A DNA stretch of 64,000 nucleotides from Escherichia phage 348Ecol098PP. The stretch lies in sequence record OR062947.1. One strand, given 5' to 3'. The notes under the pieces are model-generated. The model saw only the letters and a list, made by a program, of their open reading frames with translations, did no database searches and was not told the origin of the DNA. Positions 44,793-52,854 of the stretch are shown here, piece by piece. Every line of letters begins with the position of its first letter. The first letter of the stretch is position 1. The translations under genes and the position numbers were made by a program.

Positions 44793-45153
44793 GCCCTGGG
44801 CATACGAATACAAACGTAAATTAATCCCAAACGAAGTACTATTTGGCCCTATTTTAGCTTTAGCATTTTTAATCTTTATGATTATAGGAGCTGTTTTAGA
44901 TTCTAGTGAAGTTATATCGTCTGATGCAGTGTTTTTACTTATTATAGCTGGGTCGTTTATTGTGCCATTTTTATTAATGCCTATTAATTGGGTGGGATAT
45001 TGGTACCAAGGACGTCATCACAGAGCTAGAGTACGCGAATGGAAAATTCAATGTGCAAAAGCAAGAGCTCAATATGACGAGGCTGTTAAAAAATATGAAT
45101 ATGACGAAGCCATGGAATTCGTTAAGGAGATAAGATGCAAAAGCCTGAACTGA
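44761..45153 (+). CDS. Small membrane protein with C-terminal EFVKEIRCK tail
   Basis: 130 aa from ATG at 44761; two hydrophobic helices. Confidence 0.45.
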   Translation: MSKPTLYMPSKPWAYEYKRKLIPNEVLFGPILALAFLIFMIIGAVLDSSEVISSDAVFLLIIAGSFIVPFLLMPINWVGYWYQGRHHRARVREWKIQCAKARAQYDEAVKKYEYDEAMEFVKEIRCKSLN

Positions 45154-45162
45154 ATTTATGCT

Positions 45163-45192
45163 GTTTACGCTTCTCAAATGATTAGTTATAAT
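45163..45192 (+). promoter_or_regulatory. Early promoter GTTTAC / TATAAT
   Basis: GTTTAC 45163-45168, 18-nt spacer, TATAAT 45187-45192. Confidence 0.5.
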
Positions 45193-45255
45193 GAACTCCT
45201 AGCTAGACGTGAAAATGAAACAATCGAAAACTTTATTAAGGAATGTAGAAAATGA
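45178..45255 (+). pseudogene. Vestigial 25-codon ORF retaining the ENFIKECRK tail
   Basis: MISYNELLARRENETIENFIKECRK; contains the -10 of the promoter for the next gene, so likely a remnant 3' end. Confidence 0.3.
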
Positions 45256-45557
45256 GTAAGATTATTGAAATTAAAGTACCAGAGTTTAATGATGCCAAAT
45301 CCGCTTCAGATGCAATTTATAAACTTCTGAATCAAGCTGAACGTATCGAAGAAGAAGCAACAAAGATCGCAGACCAATATGCCGTATCATTTTCTGTAGG
45401 TGATTATGGTAGCGGTCGTACTTATTATCCTAAGGGTGAAATCGTATCCCAGTGGATGAAAAATGAAATTGAAAATAATGGTGGCGATGTTAAGCGTGAA
45501 GGTAATGGTTACGTTATTACTGAAGGTGCTTGGGTTTCGTCTTCTGCGTTGTGCTAA
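45252..45557 (+). CDS. Small protein, WVSSSxxC-tail family member 1
   Basis: 101 aa; ends GAWVSSSALC. Confidence 0.5.
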   Translation: MSKIIEIKVPEFNDAKSASDAIYKLLNQAERIEEEATKIADQYAVSFSVGDYGSGRTYYPKGEIVSQWMKNEIENNGGDVKREGNGYVITEGAWVSSSALC

Positions 45558-45566
45558 GGAATCATT

Positions 45567-45839
45567 ATGTCTAAAGAACAAACCGAACTGGCTGAAGCTG
45601 TAGCAAAAATCTATGCAGCTATTGAGGCTGCCAAAGAAATTGCTGATAAACAAAACACAACATTCGACTTGCACCCAGCTTATGGTATGGGTGGAACCTA
45701 TCATTCACCCGGACATCTTAAAGCCGATCTTGAACGTTGTACAAAAAACGGCTATGCTGAATGGGCTGACGTTTACCAATACGACTACAACCTGAGCCTC
45801 GAAACTGGTGGTTGGGTCGCATCTTCTCACACTTGCTAA
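45567..45839 (+). CDS. Small protein, WVSSSxxC-tail family member 2
   Basis: 90 aa; ends GGWVASSHTC. Confidence 0.5.
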   Translation: MSKEQTELAEAVAKIYAAIEAAKEIADKQNTTFDLHPAYGMGGTYHSPGHLKADLERCTKNGYAEWADVYQYDYNLSLETGGWVASSHTC

Positions 45840-45848
45840 GGAAACTAT

Positions 45849-46046
45849 ATGTCTCGTGAATTAGATTGTGCTGTACGTACCGCAGTAGCTGCCCTGGAAA
45901 ACCTGTTCCAAATTGCAACAGAAGAACGCGAAGAAGTTACATTGTGGATTGAAGATAACGCAGGTCTGAATCTCCAGGACGCGATCTCATTATCCCACAA
46001 TAGTATCACTGTTCAAGGCTGGGTATCATCTAGTTATTCTTGCTAA
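45849..46046 (+). CDS. Small protein, WVSSSxxC-tail family member 3
   Basis: 65 aa; ends QGWVSSSYSC. Confidence 0.5.
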   Translation: MSRELDCAVRTAVAALENLFQIATEEREEVTLWIEDNAGLNLQDAISLSHNSITVQGWVSSSYSC

Positions 46047-46050
46047 AACA

Positions 46051-46088
46051 GTTTACAACAAGATAGGGCTATGTTATAGTAGTCCTAT
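46051..46088 (+). promoter_or_regulatory. Early promoter GTTTAC / TGTTATAGT with imperfect IR ATAGGGCT / AGTCCTAT
   Basis: GTTTAC 46051-46056, TATAGT 46075-46080. Confidence 0.55.
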
Positions 46089-46108
46089 CAAATTAAATGG
46101 AGTCCACA

Positions 46109-46348
46109 ATGATTTATTACGAAAGTATCGGAACCAAAGTGGTTGCTAAAACCATTACTCGTGAAAAGTTTGCAAAGATATTCGATATGCGTTATAAAAA
46201 ATCTGAACACAAAGGCATCCGATTCGAAGATGCGCACTGTACAATTTGCCCTTATAATGAAGACATAAACGGTACAATCGTTCCATTGGTAGAGGCTTCA
46301 CACGATGACCTCTGGGATGAATATGATATCGCATGTCGTGAAATTTAA
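46109..46348 (+). CDS. Hypothetical protein
   Basis: 79 aa from MIYYESIG with SD GGAG. Confidence 0.4.
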   Translation: MIYYESIGTKVVAKTITREKFAKIFDMRYKKSEHKGIRFEDAHCTICPYNEDINGTIVPLVEASHDDLWDEYDIACREI

Positions 46349-46376
46349 GTTAATGAATTAATCCGAGGAAAATATT

Positions 46377-47333
46377 ATGATGTTAGTTATTGGTTCTCGT
46401 GCACTTCACTATCACGGTCTTATTGATTCTAGCGCTATCAAAAATAGTGATTGGGACTTTATTGCGGACCAAGGTTCTTGGAATGCATTCAAAAATCAAA
46501 TGATGGGTGTATATGTTCACCAAGATAACCCTAATGTTCAAGTTTTCAAATGCTTCCATAATGGACGCGAAACTCATTTTGAAGCATATATTGTTCCGGC
46601 AATCACTAATGTCCGTGAATTAGTCGGTGAACTCACTCCTGAAGATTTCACGTCTTCTTATGACCTTTTAAAATACGCCAAGAAAAATTTGACTAAAGAC
46701 CGTTTGAACGGGTTTTACTGGGCAACTCCTGAGATATGTCTTGCAATTAAGATGTCTCATCGTTTCAAGAAAAATAATCCATTCTTTTTAAAGACTATGA
46801 ACCATATTCAGTATCTTCGTGGTAAAGGTGTTACACTGAACGATGAACTTACTGAAATTATGCTGAAACGCCAGAAAGAAACCTTGAACTATGCTCACCC
46901 AGTTCTTGACACTTCTAAAAGTGCGTTCTTTAAAGATGACATCTATACATATGACCATGATACTATTCATGAAGCCATTGCACTAACAGACCGTCCAGCG
47001 TATACATTTTATATGAAAGATGGTTCTGAAGTCATGACCTCACGCGAGAAGTTCGAATCGTTACCCGAAATGATTAAACTGGCTGGTGTATACGAAGAAT
47101 CATGTGTACTAGCATTAGAACGTTCTCAAATTCCTAATGACTTTAAAATTAACCCTGAAGCCAGTTTTATGATGGCATTGGAAAAAGTCTGTACAAGCAT
47201 CACCTCCGGTTGGTTCCGTGAATACGCATACGAGAACTATTATGAAGTAGTGGCTATGTATCATAAGCTCGGCAAAAATGATTACGTCAAACGTTTCAAA
47301 CAAAATTTCCATATGGTAAAACCTTTCAAATAA
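46377..47333 (+). CDS. Hypothetical protein (318 aa)
   Basis: Long ORF; N-terminal IGSRAL...SDWDF loosely resembles a nucleotidyltransferase motif (weak). Confidence 0.45.
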   Translation: MMLVIGSRALHYHGLIDSSAIKNSDWDFIADQGSWNAFKNQMMGVYVHQDNPNVQVFKCFHNGRETHFEAYIVPAITNVRELVGELTPEDFTSSYDLLKYAKKNLTKDRLNGFYWATPEICLAIKMSHRFKKNNPFFLKTMNHIQYLRGKGVTLNDELTEIMLKRQKETLNYAHPVLDTSKSAFFKDDIYTYDHDTIHEAIALTDRPAYTFYMKDGSEVMTSREKFESLPEMIKLAGVYEESCVLALERSQIPNDFKINPEASFMMALEKVCTSITSGWFREYAYENYYEVVAMYHKLGKNDYVKRFKQNFHMVKPFK

Positions 47334-47345
47334 CTTCACAAAACT

Positions 47346-47383
47346 GTTTACGCAATTATAGGACTATGTTATAGTAGTCCTAT
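47346..47383 (+). promoter_or_regulatory. Early promoter GTTTAC / TGTTATAGT inside IR AATAGGACTA / TAGTCCTATT
   Basis: GTTTAC 47346-47351, TATAGT 47370-47375; IR arms 47357-47366 and 47374-47383. Confidence 0.55.
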
Positions 47384-47403
47384 TAAAACATGAGGAGAAT
47401 ATT

Positions 47404-47709
47404 ATGAAATTAGGCGAAACCAACCGAATTGGTCTTTTAACAATATTTGCATCACCTTTTTACGCAACTCTTTCTGTTGCAGTATTACAAAAGGCTTACA
47501 GTATGGATGGTGTTCCTGGTTTTGTATTCTTATCACCGTTTTTATTATTCGTCGGAGCTTTGTTATTATATGCCACGACTAGTTTCGACCATAATGTCTG
47601 GGTCAATTATAAATGTAAATTGTCCGAAGAAGAACACGCAGAAGCTCGTAAAAAAGCTATTGAATCTACCAATCTAGAAAATTTCATTAAAGAATGTCGA
47701 GGAAAATAA
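47404..47709 (+). CDS. Small membrane protein with C-terminal ENFIKECRGK tail
   Basis: 101 aa; two hydrophobic helices. Confidence 0.5.
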   Translation: MKLGETNRIGLLTIFASPFYATLSVAVLQKAYSMDGVPGFVFLSPFLLFVGALLLYATTSFDHNVWVNYKCKLSEEEHAEARKKAIESTNLENFIKECRGK

Positions 47710-47710
47710 T

Positions 47711-48397
47711 ATGAATAGTTCTAAAGTGTTTAATAGTCAAGCTCGTGCAGTAGGTGGTTTTGCTCATGCGATTAAAAACGACCAGATTAAAAACGAGCCT
47801 ATGTTCTTTAACTGCGATTTGAATTTTGCTTTTGATAATGGTGGTCCAATTACTCGTAGCTTTATCATGAACTTGCCAGATGATTGGAACACCGACCAGG
47901 TTGTATTTGATTCACGAGTCCACATGCTGATGCCAGGTTGGTACCCTGCTATTCCTGGATATCACCATGACGATGTTCCACGCCCTGATATTCCAGTTGG
48001 TCAACACTTTATTACTGCAGGACAACCTGACTATGACAATCCTCGTTATTTGTCTGAACATATTCTTGGTCTTGTTAACGCTGATGTGTGTCCTACTCAT
48101 TTTGCAACAGGAACTGCAGAGTTCAGTCAGATTCCTGATGGCGAACTTATCTATCGCCAGTGGCACAAAGAAGTCCTCGAAAAAATTGAAAAAGGTGAAC
48201 TAGAGAAATGGGAAGCTCCAGATCGTACTCTTCTTCAGTTTGATTGGCAAACATGGCACACTGGTTCTCGTGCAATTAGTAACGGATGGCGTTGGTTCGG
48301 ACGTGTATCTCGTAATACAGACCGAGTTAAAAAGATTACCAATGAAATTCGTGTCAACGCTCAAGTTTATCTGGAATTCCCTATGGAAGGCTGGTAA
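47711..48397 (+). CDS. Hypothetical protein (228 aa)
   Basis: Starts 2 nt after previous stop; His-rich PGYHHDD segment. Confidence 0.45.
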   Translation: MNSSKVFNSQARAVGGFAHAIKNDQIKNEPMFFNCDLNFAFDNGGPITRSFIMNLPDDWNTDQVVFDSRVHMLMPGWYPAIPGYHHDDVPRPDIPVGQHFITAGQPDYDNPRYLSEHILGLVNADVCPTHFATGTAEFSQIPDGELIYRQWHKEVLEKIEKGELEKWEAPDRTLLQFDWQTWHTGSRAISNGWRWFGRVSRNTDRVKKITNEIRVNAQVYLEFPMEGW

Positions 48398-48876
48398 TGA
48401 TTAACAATAATATAGACGATGGCAATGAAGGTATTTCGTATTATTCAGTAGATTGGACAGGATGTCCATCCTACTTAGTGAAACATATTTGCCAAGAATT
48501 TAAAATCGACCAGCCAGCAGGTATTATCGTGAACAGATACATTAATGGATATCAACCTATCGATGAAGTAATACGAACAACTCAAGCTGAGCTTGAAAAG
48601 TTTTTCAATAAGTGCCAATGGATAACAGGATGGATTATATTTGTACCGTCGGTATGGTTTTTCGGTACTAAGGTGAGTTCTTTCGGTTTTGTTGATATTA
48701 TTGCTATCTTATTAGCATCTACTATCGTAAGTATTATTGGTGGTATTATTGGTGGAGGTACTGTAGGCATCATTATTAATCTTGTTAAAAGTAGTTTACA
48801 GGAACGTAAAGACAAGATAAAAGCCAAGAATAATGAAGTTGAACGTTTTATTACCGAATGCAGGAATTTGAGATGA
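48397..48876 (+). CDS. Membrane protein with C-terminal ERFITECRNLR tail
   Basis: 159 aa; Gly/Ile-rich helices IIGGIIGGGTVGIII. Confidence 0.5.
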   Translation: MINNNIDDGNEGISYYSVDWTGCPSYLVKHICQEFKIDQPAGIIVNRYINGYQPIDEVIRTTQAELEKFFNKCQWITGWIIFVPSVWFFGTKVSSFGFVDIIAILLASTIVSIIGGIIGGGTVGIIINLVKSSLQERKDKIKAKNNEVERFITECRNLR

Positions 48877-49109
48877 GTATAGCAATTTACGTTAAATCAG
48901 AATCATGTGATAGTTATCTGTACACATACGATAAAGATGTGTCAGAAGAAAAAATCAAAGACGACCTTAATATGGACCTTGATATGTTCTGTCCTATTGC
49001 AGATTACAAACTTGCGGTCTCTAATAGTGAAAGTCCATCTAAAGAAACGCGCATTGAAGAATTTATGTCCGAATTAATGGCCAAATCATGGGACCGAGAT
49101 GATGAGTAA
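48873..49109 (+). CDS. Hypothetical protein
   Basis: 78 aa from ATG overlapping previous stop (ATGA). Confidence 0.4.
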   Translation: MSIAIYVKSESCDSYLYTYDKDVSEEKIKDDLNMDLDMFCPIADYKLAVSNSESPSKETRIEEFMSELMAKSWDRDDE

Positions 49110-49557
49110 GAAAAATAAAGTGAAAGAACTATCAGCCGGTATTATTTTCCTTACCGAAGATAAAGAGTTATTCATGGGGCGTGTAACTGGTTCTCGTCCT
49201 AAAGGTGCATTAGCTCATCGGTGGGATATTCCTAAAGGCCGTGTCGAACCTGGCGAATCTCCTATTGAAGCCGCTATTCGTGAATGCGAAGAAGAAACTG
49301 GGTTTACACAATATGACCCTGCCTTCCTGAAAGACTTAGGTGAACGTCATTACTCAGACAATAAGAATATTCATCTGTTCCAATATACCATCCCTGTAGA
49401 GCACGAGCAATTCAGAAACAGTGTTTGTAATTCCTATCATACATTCCCAGACGGACGTCAGATTCCTGAATTTGATGCATTCGCTTTAATTAAACCTTCT
49501 CAATGGGAATATGTAATGGGCAAATCATTATATAAGGTGCTCACTACCCTCCTATAA
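49099..49557 (+). CDS. nudE: Nudix hydrolase
   Basis: 152 aa; Nudix box GRVEPGESPIEAAIRECEEETG; immediately upstream of e as in T4. Confidence 0.8.
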   Translation: MMSKKNKVKELSAGIIFLTEDKELFMGRVTGSRPKGALAHRWDIPKGRVEPGESPIEAAIRECEEETGFTQYDPAFLKDLGERHYSDNKNIHLFQYTIPVEHEQFRNSVCNSYHTFPDGRQIPEFDAFALIKPSQWEYVMGKSLYKVLTTLL

Positions 49558-49565
49558 GTAATAAA

Positions 49566-49589
49566 TACCTCCTATAAACGTGGGAGGTA
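49566..49589 (+). promoter_or_regulatory. Gene e translation-initiation hairpin: IR TACCTCC / GGAGGTA with TATAAAcg in the loop
   Basis: Arms 49566-49572 and 49583-49589; right arm is the SD of e; loop carries a late-promoter-like box. Confidence 0.5.
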
Positions 49590-49591
49590 TT

Positions 49592-50080
49592 ATGAATATA
49601 TTTGAAATGCTTCGTAATGACGAAGGTCTTAGACTGACTTTATATAAAGACACTGAAGGCTTTTGGACGATTGGCATAGGCCATTTAGTAACAAAGAACC
49701 CGTCTTTAGCCGTAGCTAAAGCTGAACTTGACAGAATGATCGGTCGTAAATGCAACGGTACAATTACCCTTGATGAGGCTGAAAAGCTATTTAATGAAGA
49801 CGTTGATAAAGCCGTTCGCGGAATCTTGGGTAATGCTAAACTTAAACCGGTATACGATTCTTTAGATGCAGTTCGTCGATGTGCATTGGTCAATATGGTC
49901 TTCCAAATGGGTGTAGCAGGCGTCGCCGGTTTTACTAATTCTCTTCGTATGCTTCAACAGAAACGTTGGGATGAAGCGGCAGTAAATCTAGCCCAATCTA
50001 AATGGTATCGTCAGACACCTAATCGCGCGAAACGCGTAATCTCAACATTTAAAACAGGAACTTGGAAAGCGTATATATGA
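49592..50080 (+). CDS. e: Endolysin (T4 lysozyme)
   Basis: 162 aa from [32 protein letters not shown]...; close match to remembered T4 lysozyme. Confidence 0.95.
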   Translation: MNIFEMLRNDEGLRLTLYKDTEGFWTIGIGHLVTKNPSLAVAKAELDRMIGRKCNGTITLDEAEKLFNEDVDKAVRGILGNAKLKPVYDSLDAVRRCALVNMVFQMGVAGVAGFTNSLRMLQQKRWDEAAVNLAQSKWYRQTPNRAKRVISTFKTGTWKAYI

Positions 50081-50358
50081 AAACATATAGTGAATTTTTA
50101 TCAGAATCTATTCTTAACGAAGCTACTGACACATTTGCAACTAAGCTAGGTGCAGCTTTGGTTGAAGCTGAAAGTCTATTAGCACGTATTTCTGAACTTG
50201 CTAGTAAGATAGATACTCGCAAATTTGAGCGCACCAGTGATATCGTTAAGCTTGAAGCCTTATTGCGTATGTGCGATAAACCGGAAGAAATCGCTAAGAA
50301 CGGCTCGCTGATGAAACAACGTCTTGAAAAATATATTTCAGGCGCTTCAGAAAAATAG
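50077..50358 (+). CDS. Internal-protein-like, leader [10 protein letters not shown]
   Basis: 93 aa; start overlaps e stop (ATGA); CTS-like leader. Confidence 0.55.
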   Translation: MKTYSEFLSESILNEATDTFATKLGAALVEAESLLARISELASKIDTRKFERTSDIVKLEALLRMCDKPEEIAKNGSLMKQRLEKYISGASEK

Positions 50359-50359
50359 T

Positions 50360-50413
50360 GTTTACTTCCTCCAAGGGTTTTGATACTATACATTCATCAA
50401 CTACTTGGAGGAA
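50360..50413 (+). promoter_or_regulatory. Early promoter upstream of denV with 10-bp IR TTCCTCCAAG / CTTGGAGGAA pairing the -35/-10 spacer with the SD
   Basis: GTTTAC 50360-50365, TACTAT 50384-50389; IR arms 50366-50375 and 50404-50413. Confidence 0.6.
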
Positions 50414-50416
50414 ATT

Positions 50417-50830
50417 ATGACTCGTATCAATTTAACACTTGTTTCTGAACTGACCGACCAACACCTTATGGCTGAGTATCGTGAATTACCACGCGTATTT
50501 GGTGCAGTCCGTAAACATGTTCAAAACGGTAAACGTGTAAAGGATTTTAAAATCTCTCCAACATTTATCTTAGGCACAGGTCACGTAACATTCTTTTACG
50601 ACAAACTCGAATTTTTACGTTTACGACAAATCGAGCTAATCGCTGAATGTTTGAAACGTGGTTTCAAAATCAAGGACACGACAGTCCAGGATATTTCCGA
50701 CATCCCTGCCGAATTTCGTAATAATTATGTCCCGTCCGAAGCGTCCATTGCGATAAGTCAAGCGCGCTTAGATGAAAAAATTGCTCAACGTCCGACTTGG
50801 TACAAATACTATGGTAAATCAATTTACTAA
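50417..50830 (+). CDS. denV: Endonuclease V (pyrimidine dimer DNA glycosylase)
   Basis: 137 aa from [12 protein letters not shown]...; close match to remembered T4 DenV. Confidence 0.93.
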   Translation: MTRINLTLVSELTDQHLMAEYRELPRVFGAVRKHVQNGKRVKDFKISPTFILGTGHVTFFYDKLEFLRLRQIELIAECLKRGFKIKDTTVQDISDIPAEFRNNYVPSEASIAISQARLDEKIAQRPTWYKYYGKSIY

Positions 50831-50836
50831 GGAAAA

Positions 50837-51097
50837 ATGAAAATGTATCAAGAATTTATCGTTGAAGCAGATGCCAAAGGTCCTAAATTTAAAGTTAAAG
50901 CTTTCATTGGTGATGCGGAAGACTTTGGCTCATTAAAACGTAATGGGTATTCTTTCTTAGGTGGCAATGGTAAAGAAATCAACACCTATGCAAAACGTAG
51001 TGAAATTGCTTATGTTGTAGCAAGTCCTAAAGTAGATGTTGACGATATTGGATATGATTTTAACAACTTCGGAATTATTTCTGGCGGTAAAGCTTAA
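50837..51097 (+). CDS. Internal-protein-like, leader MKMYQEFIVE
   Basis: 86 aa; CTS-like leader. Confidence 0.55.
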   Translation: MKMYQEFIVEADAKGPKFKVKAFIGDAEDFGSLKRNGYSFLGGNGKEINTYAKRSEIAYVVASPKVDVDDIGYDFNNFGIISGGKA

Positions 51098-51100
51098 ACG

Positions 51101-51130
51101 GTTTACGCTTAAGTATTAATATGGTATAAT
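51101..51130 (+). promoter_or_regulatory. Early promoter GTTTAC / TGGTATAAT
   Basis: GTTTAC 51101-51106, 18-nt spacer, TATAAT 51125-51130. Confidence 0.55.
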
Positions 51131-51161
51131 TACTCTATCAAAACAAACAAGGAAACAAAAA

Positions 51162-51476
51162 ATGAAAACGTATAAAGAATTTATTGCAGAATCCGCCAAC
51201 CAACGCGTTGAAGGTGGTTATATTTGGATTGAACAAGTTGAGCCACCGAGCCGCACTTCTACAGGTAAATGGAAAATTACTGTTGACGGTCCTGGCGGTA
51301 AACGTAGGACTCTTAAAGAAATTAATGGGTACTATGAAGAAGCTCTTTCGGATGCAGGAACTTACATGATGCAAATCATGATTAAAAACCCTGAAAACCG
51401 TTTTGCAGCTAAAGTCTTCCGTCGTATTGGTAATAAACTTTATGATGCATACTCTAAAAACTTCCCTAAAGAATAA
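51162..51476 (+). CDS. Internal-protein-like, leader MKTYKEFIAE
   Basis: 104 aa; CTS-like leader; early promoter 51101-51130. Confidence 0.6.
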   Translation: MKTYKEFIAESANQRVEGGYIWIEQVEPPSRTSTGKWKITVDGPGGKRRTLKEINGYYEEALSDAGTYMMQIMIKNPENRFAAKVFRRIGNKLYDAYSKNFPKE

Positions 51477-51501
51477 CATAAATTAAAACAATAGGAACAA
51501 A

Positions 51502-51831
51502 ATGAAAACATATCAGGAGTTTATCACTGAAGTTACATTATCTGCGGAACAGAAAGCTGCTATCGAAGAAGGTAAAAATCCCAAAGTAACATATAAAGTA
51601 AATAGTAAAGGCGTTTTTGATGGCTTGGTTCAAGACCCTGAATTGAAAAAAGTTCTTTCTAAAACTAATGCGTACTTTGCTCCTAAATTTAACACAGCCG
51701 GTGTACTTATTGGATTGGATGTATTCAACTCTAAAGGTGTTCTATCTAATGCCTTTGGTTATGCCGCTAACAAAATTACCAAAGCCGCATGGGAATCCAA
51801 TACTAAACAAGCTCAAAAGCCTAGAGTATAA
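51502..51831 (+). CDS. Internal-protein-like, leader MKTYQEFITE
   Basis: 109 aa; CTS-like leader. Confidence 0.6.
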   Translation: MKTYQEFITEVTLSAEQKAAIEEGKNPKVTYKVNSKGVFDGLVQDPELKKVLSKTNAYFAPKFNTAGVLIGLDVFNSKGVLSNAFGYAANKITKAAWESNTKQAQKPRV

Positions 51832-52003
51832 TTCTTGCCTAATAAAGGGAAACGCAACCTCTCCTTATGAACGTCGAGTCCTCTAAGTGATGTACCTTTT
51901 CCAACCTGTAATAAGGTCGAGCGCAATGCGGTAATGGGTTTACATAGCGAGTCGAAGGACCTAACATGTGCCATGGAATGGCCCAAACCTTAAGAGAAAT
52001 AAT

Positions 52004-52543
52004 ATGAGAACATTTTTAACTGGTCCTTATCTATCCCTGATGAATGCTTTTACACACCATTCTGATGCTAGAGTAGAAGAAATTTGTAAGAATGGTTATG
52101 TCCCACCATTTGAAGACGTACTCAAGCAGTACTGTACACTTCGTTTAGACGGTGGCAGACAATCAGGTAAATCAACCGCAATAACTAATTTTGCTGTTAA
52201 TTGGCTGTATGATGGTGGAACAGTTATTGTTCTTTCTAATACTTCAGCTTATGCTAAAATTTCTGCTGGCAACATTAAAAAAGAATTTTCTCGTTATTCT
52301 AGCGATGATATTCGATTCCGTTTATTTACTGATTCTGTTCGTAGTTTTATTGGCAATGAAGGTTCTAAATTCCGTGGATTAACGCTTTCTCGTATTCTGT
52401 ATATAATTGACGAGCCTATTAAAGCTCCTGATATGGATAAGATTTACAATGTCCACATTAAAACAGTACAGCACTGCTGCAAAAGCAAATATTGCATCGG
52501 CGGTAATGCTCGTCCTCAATTTTTTGTGATTGGAATGCAATGA
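52004..52543 (+). CDS. Small P-loop NTPase
   Basis: 179 aa from MRTFLTG; Walker A GGRQSGKST, Walker B-like ILYIIDEP. Confidence 0.45.
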   Translation: MRTFLTGPYLSLMNAFTHHSDARVEEICKNGYVPPFEDVLKQYCTLRLDGGRQSGKSTAITNFAVNWLYDGGTVIVLSNTSAYAKISAGNIKKEFSRYSSDDIRFRLFTDSVRSFIGNEGSKFRGLTLSRILYIIDEPIKAPDMDKIYNVHIKTVQHCCKSKYCIGGNARPQFFVIGMQ

Positions 52544-52848
52544 TGACCACTATTGAAGTTTTTGAGTATTGTTATAACAGCCCAGTATGCAATAAAAGGG
52601 CTCTTGTAGAAAATTATGAGATTTACCATTTTAAACCTAAACGATATCGTTTGACTAAAGGTCCGTTCGCAGGGCAGCAGGTTCTTTGTACTGCTCCTAA
52701 TGCACGGTTGATGACTAGTATTCCGCATTTCAAAATGGAATTTATTGATGGGCCATTTAAGGGATTAATCACTCAAAGTTTAATGGCGTTTAATTCCGAC
52801 CCATTTTTGATTAAAGAACAATCTTGGATAAATTTATTTTCTAATTGA
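52540..52848 (+). CDS. Hypothetical protein
   Basis: 102 aa, ATGA overlap with upstream. Confidence 0.4.
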   Translation: MMTTIEVFEYCYNSPVCNKRALVENYEIYHFKPKRYRLTKGPFAGQQVLCTAPNARLMTSIPHFKMEFIDGPFKGLITQSLMAFNSDPFLIKEQSWINLFSN

Positions 52849-52854
52849 GGTTAT

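Noticed and set aside
51668-51886. 72-aa ORF overlapping the end of the CTS gene 51502-51831
   Set aside because: Out-of-frame overlap with a better-supported gene; no RBS; extends into the ORF-free intergenic region.
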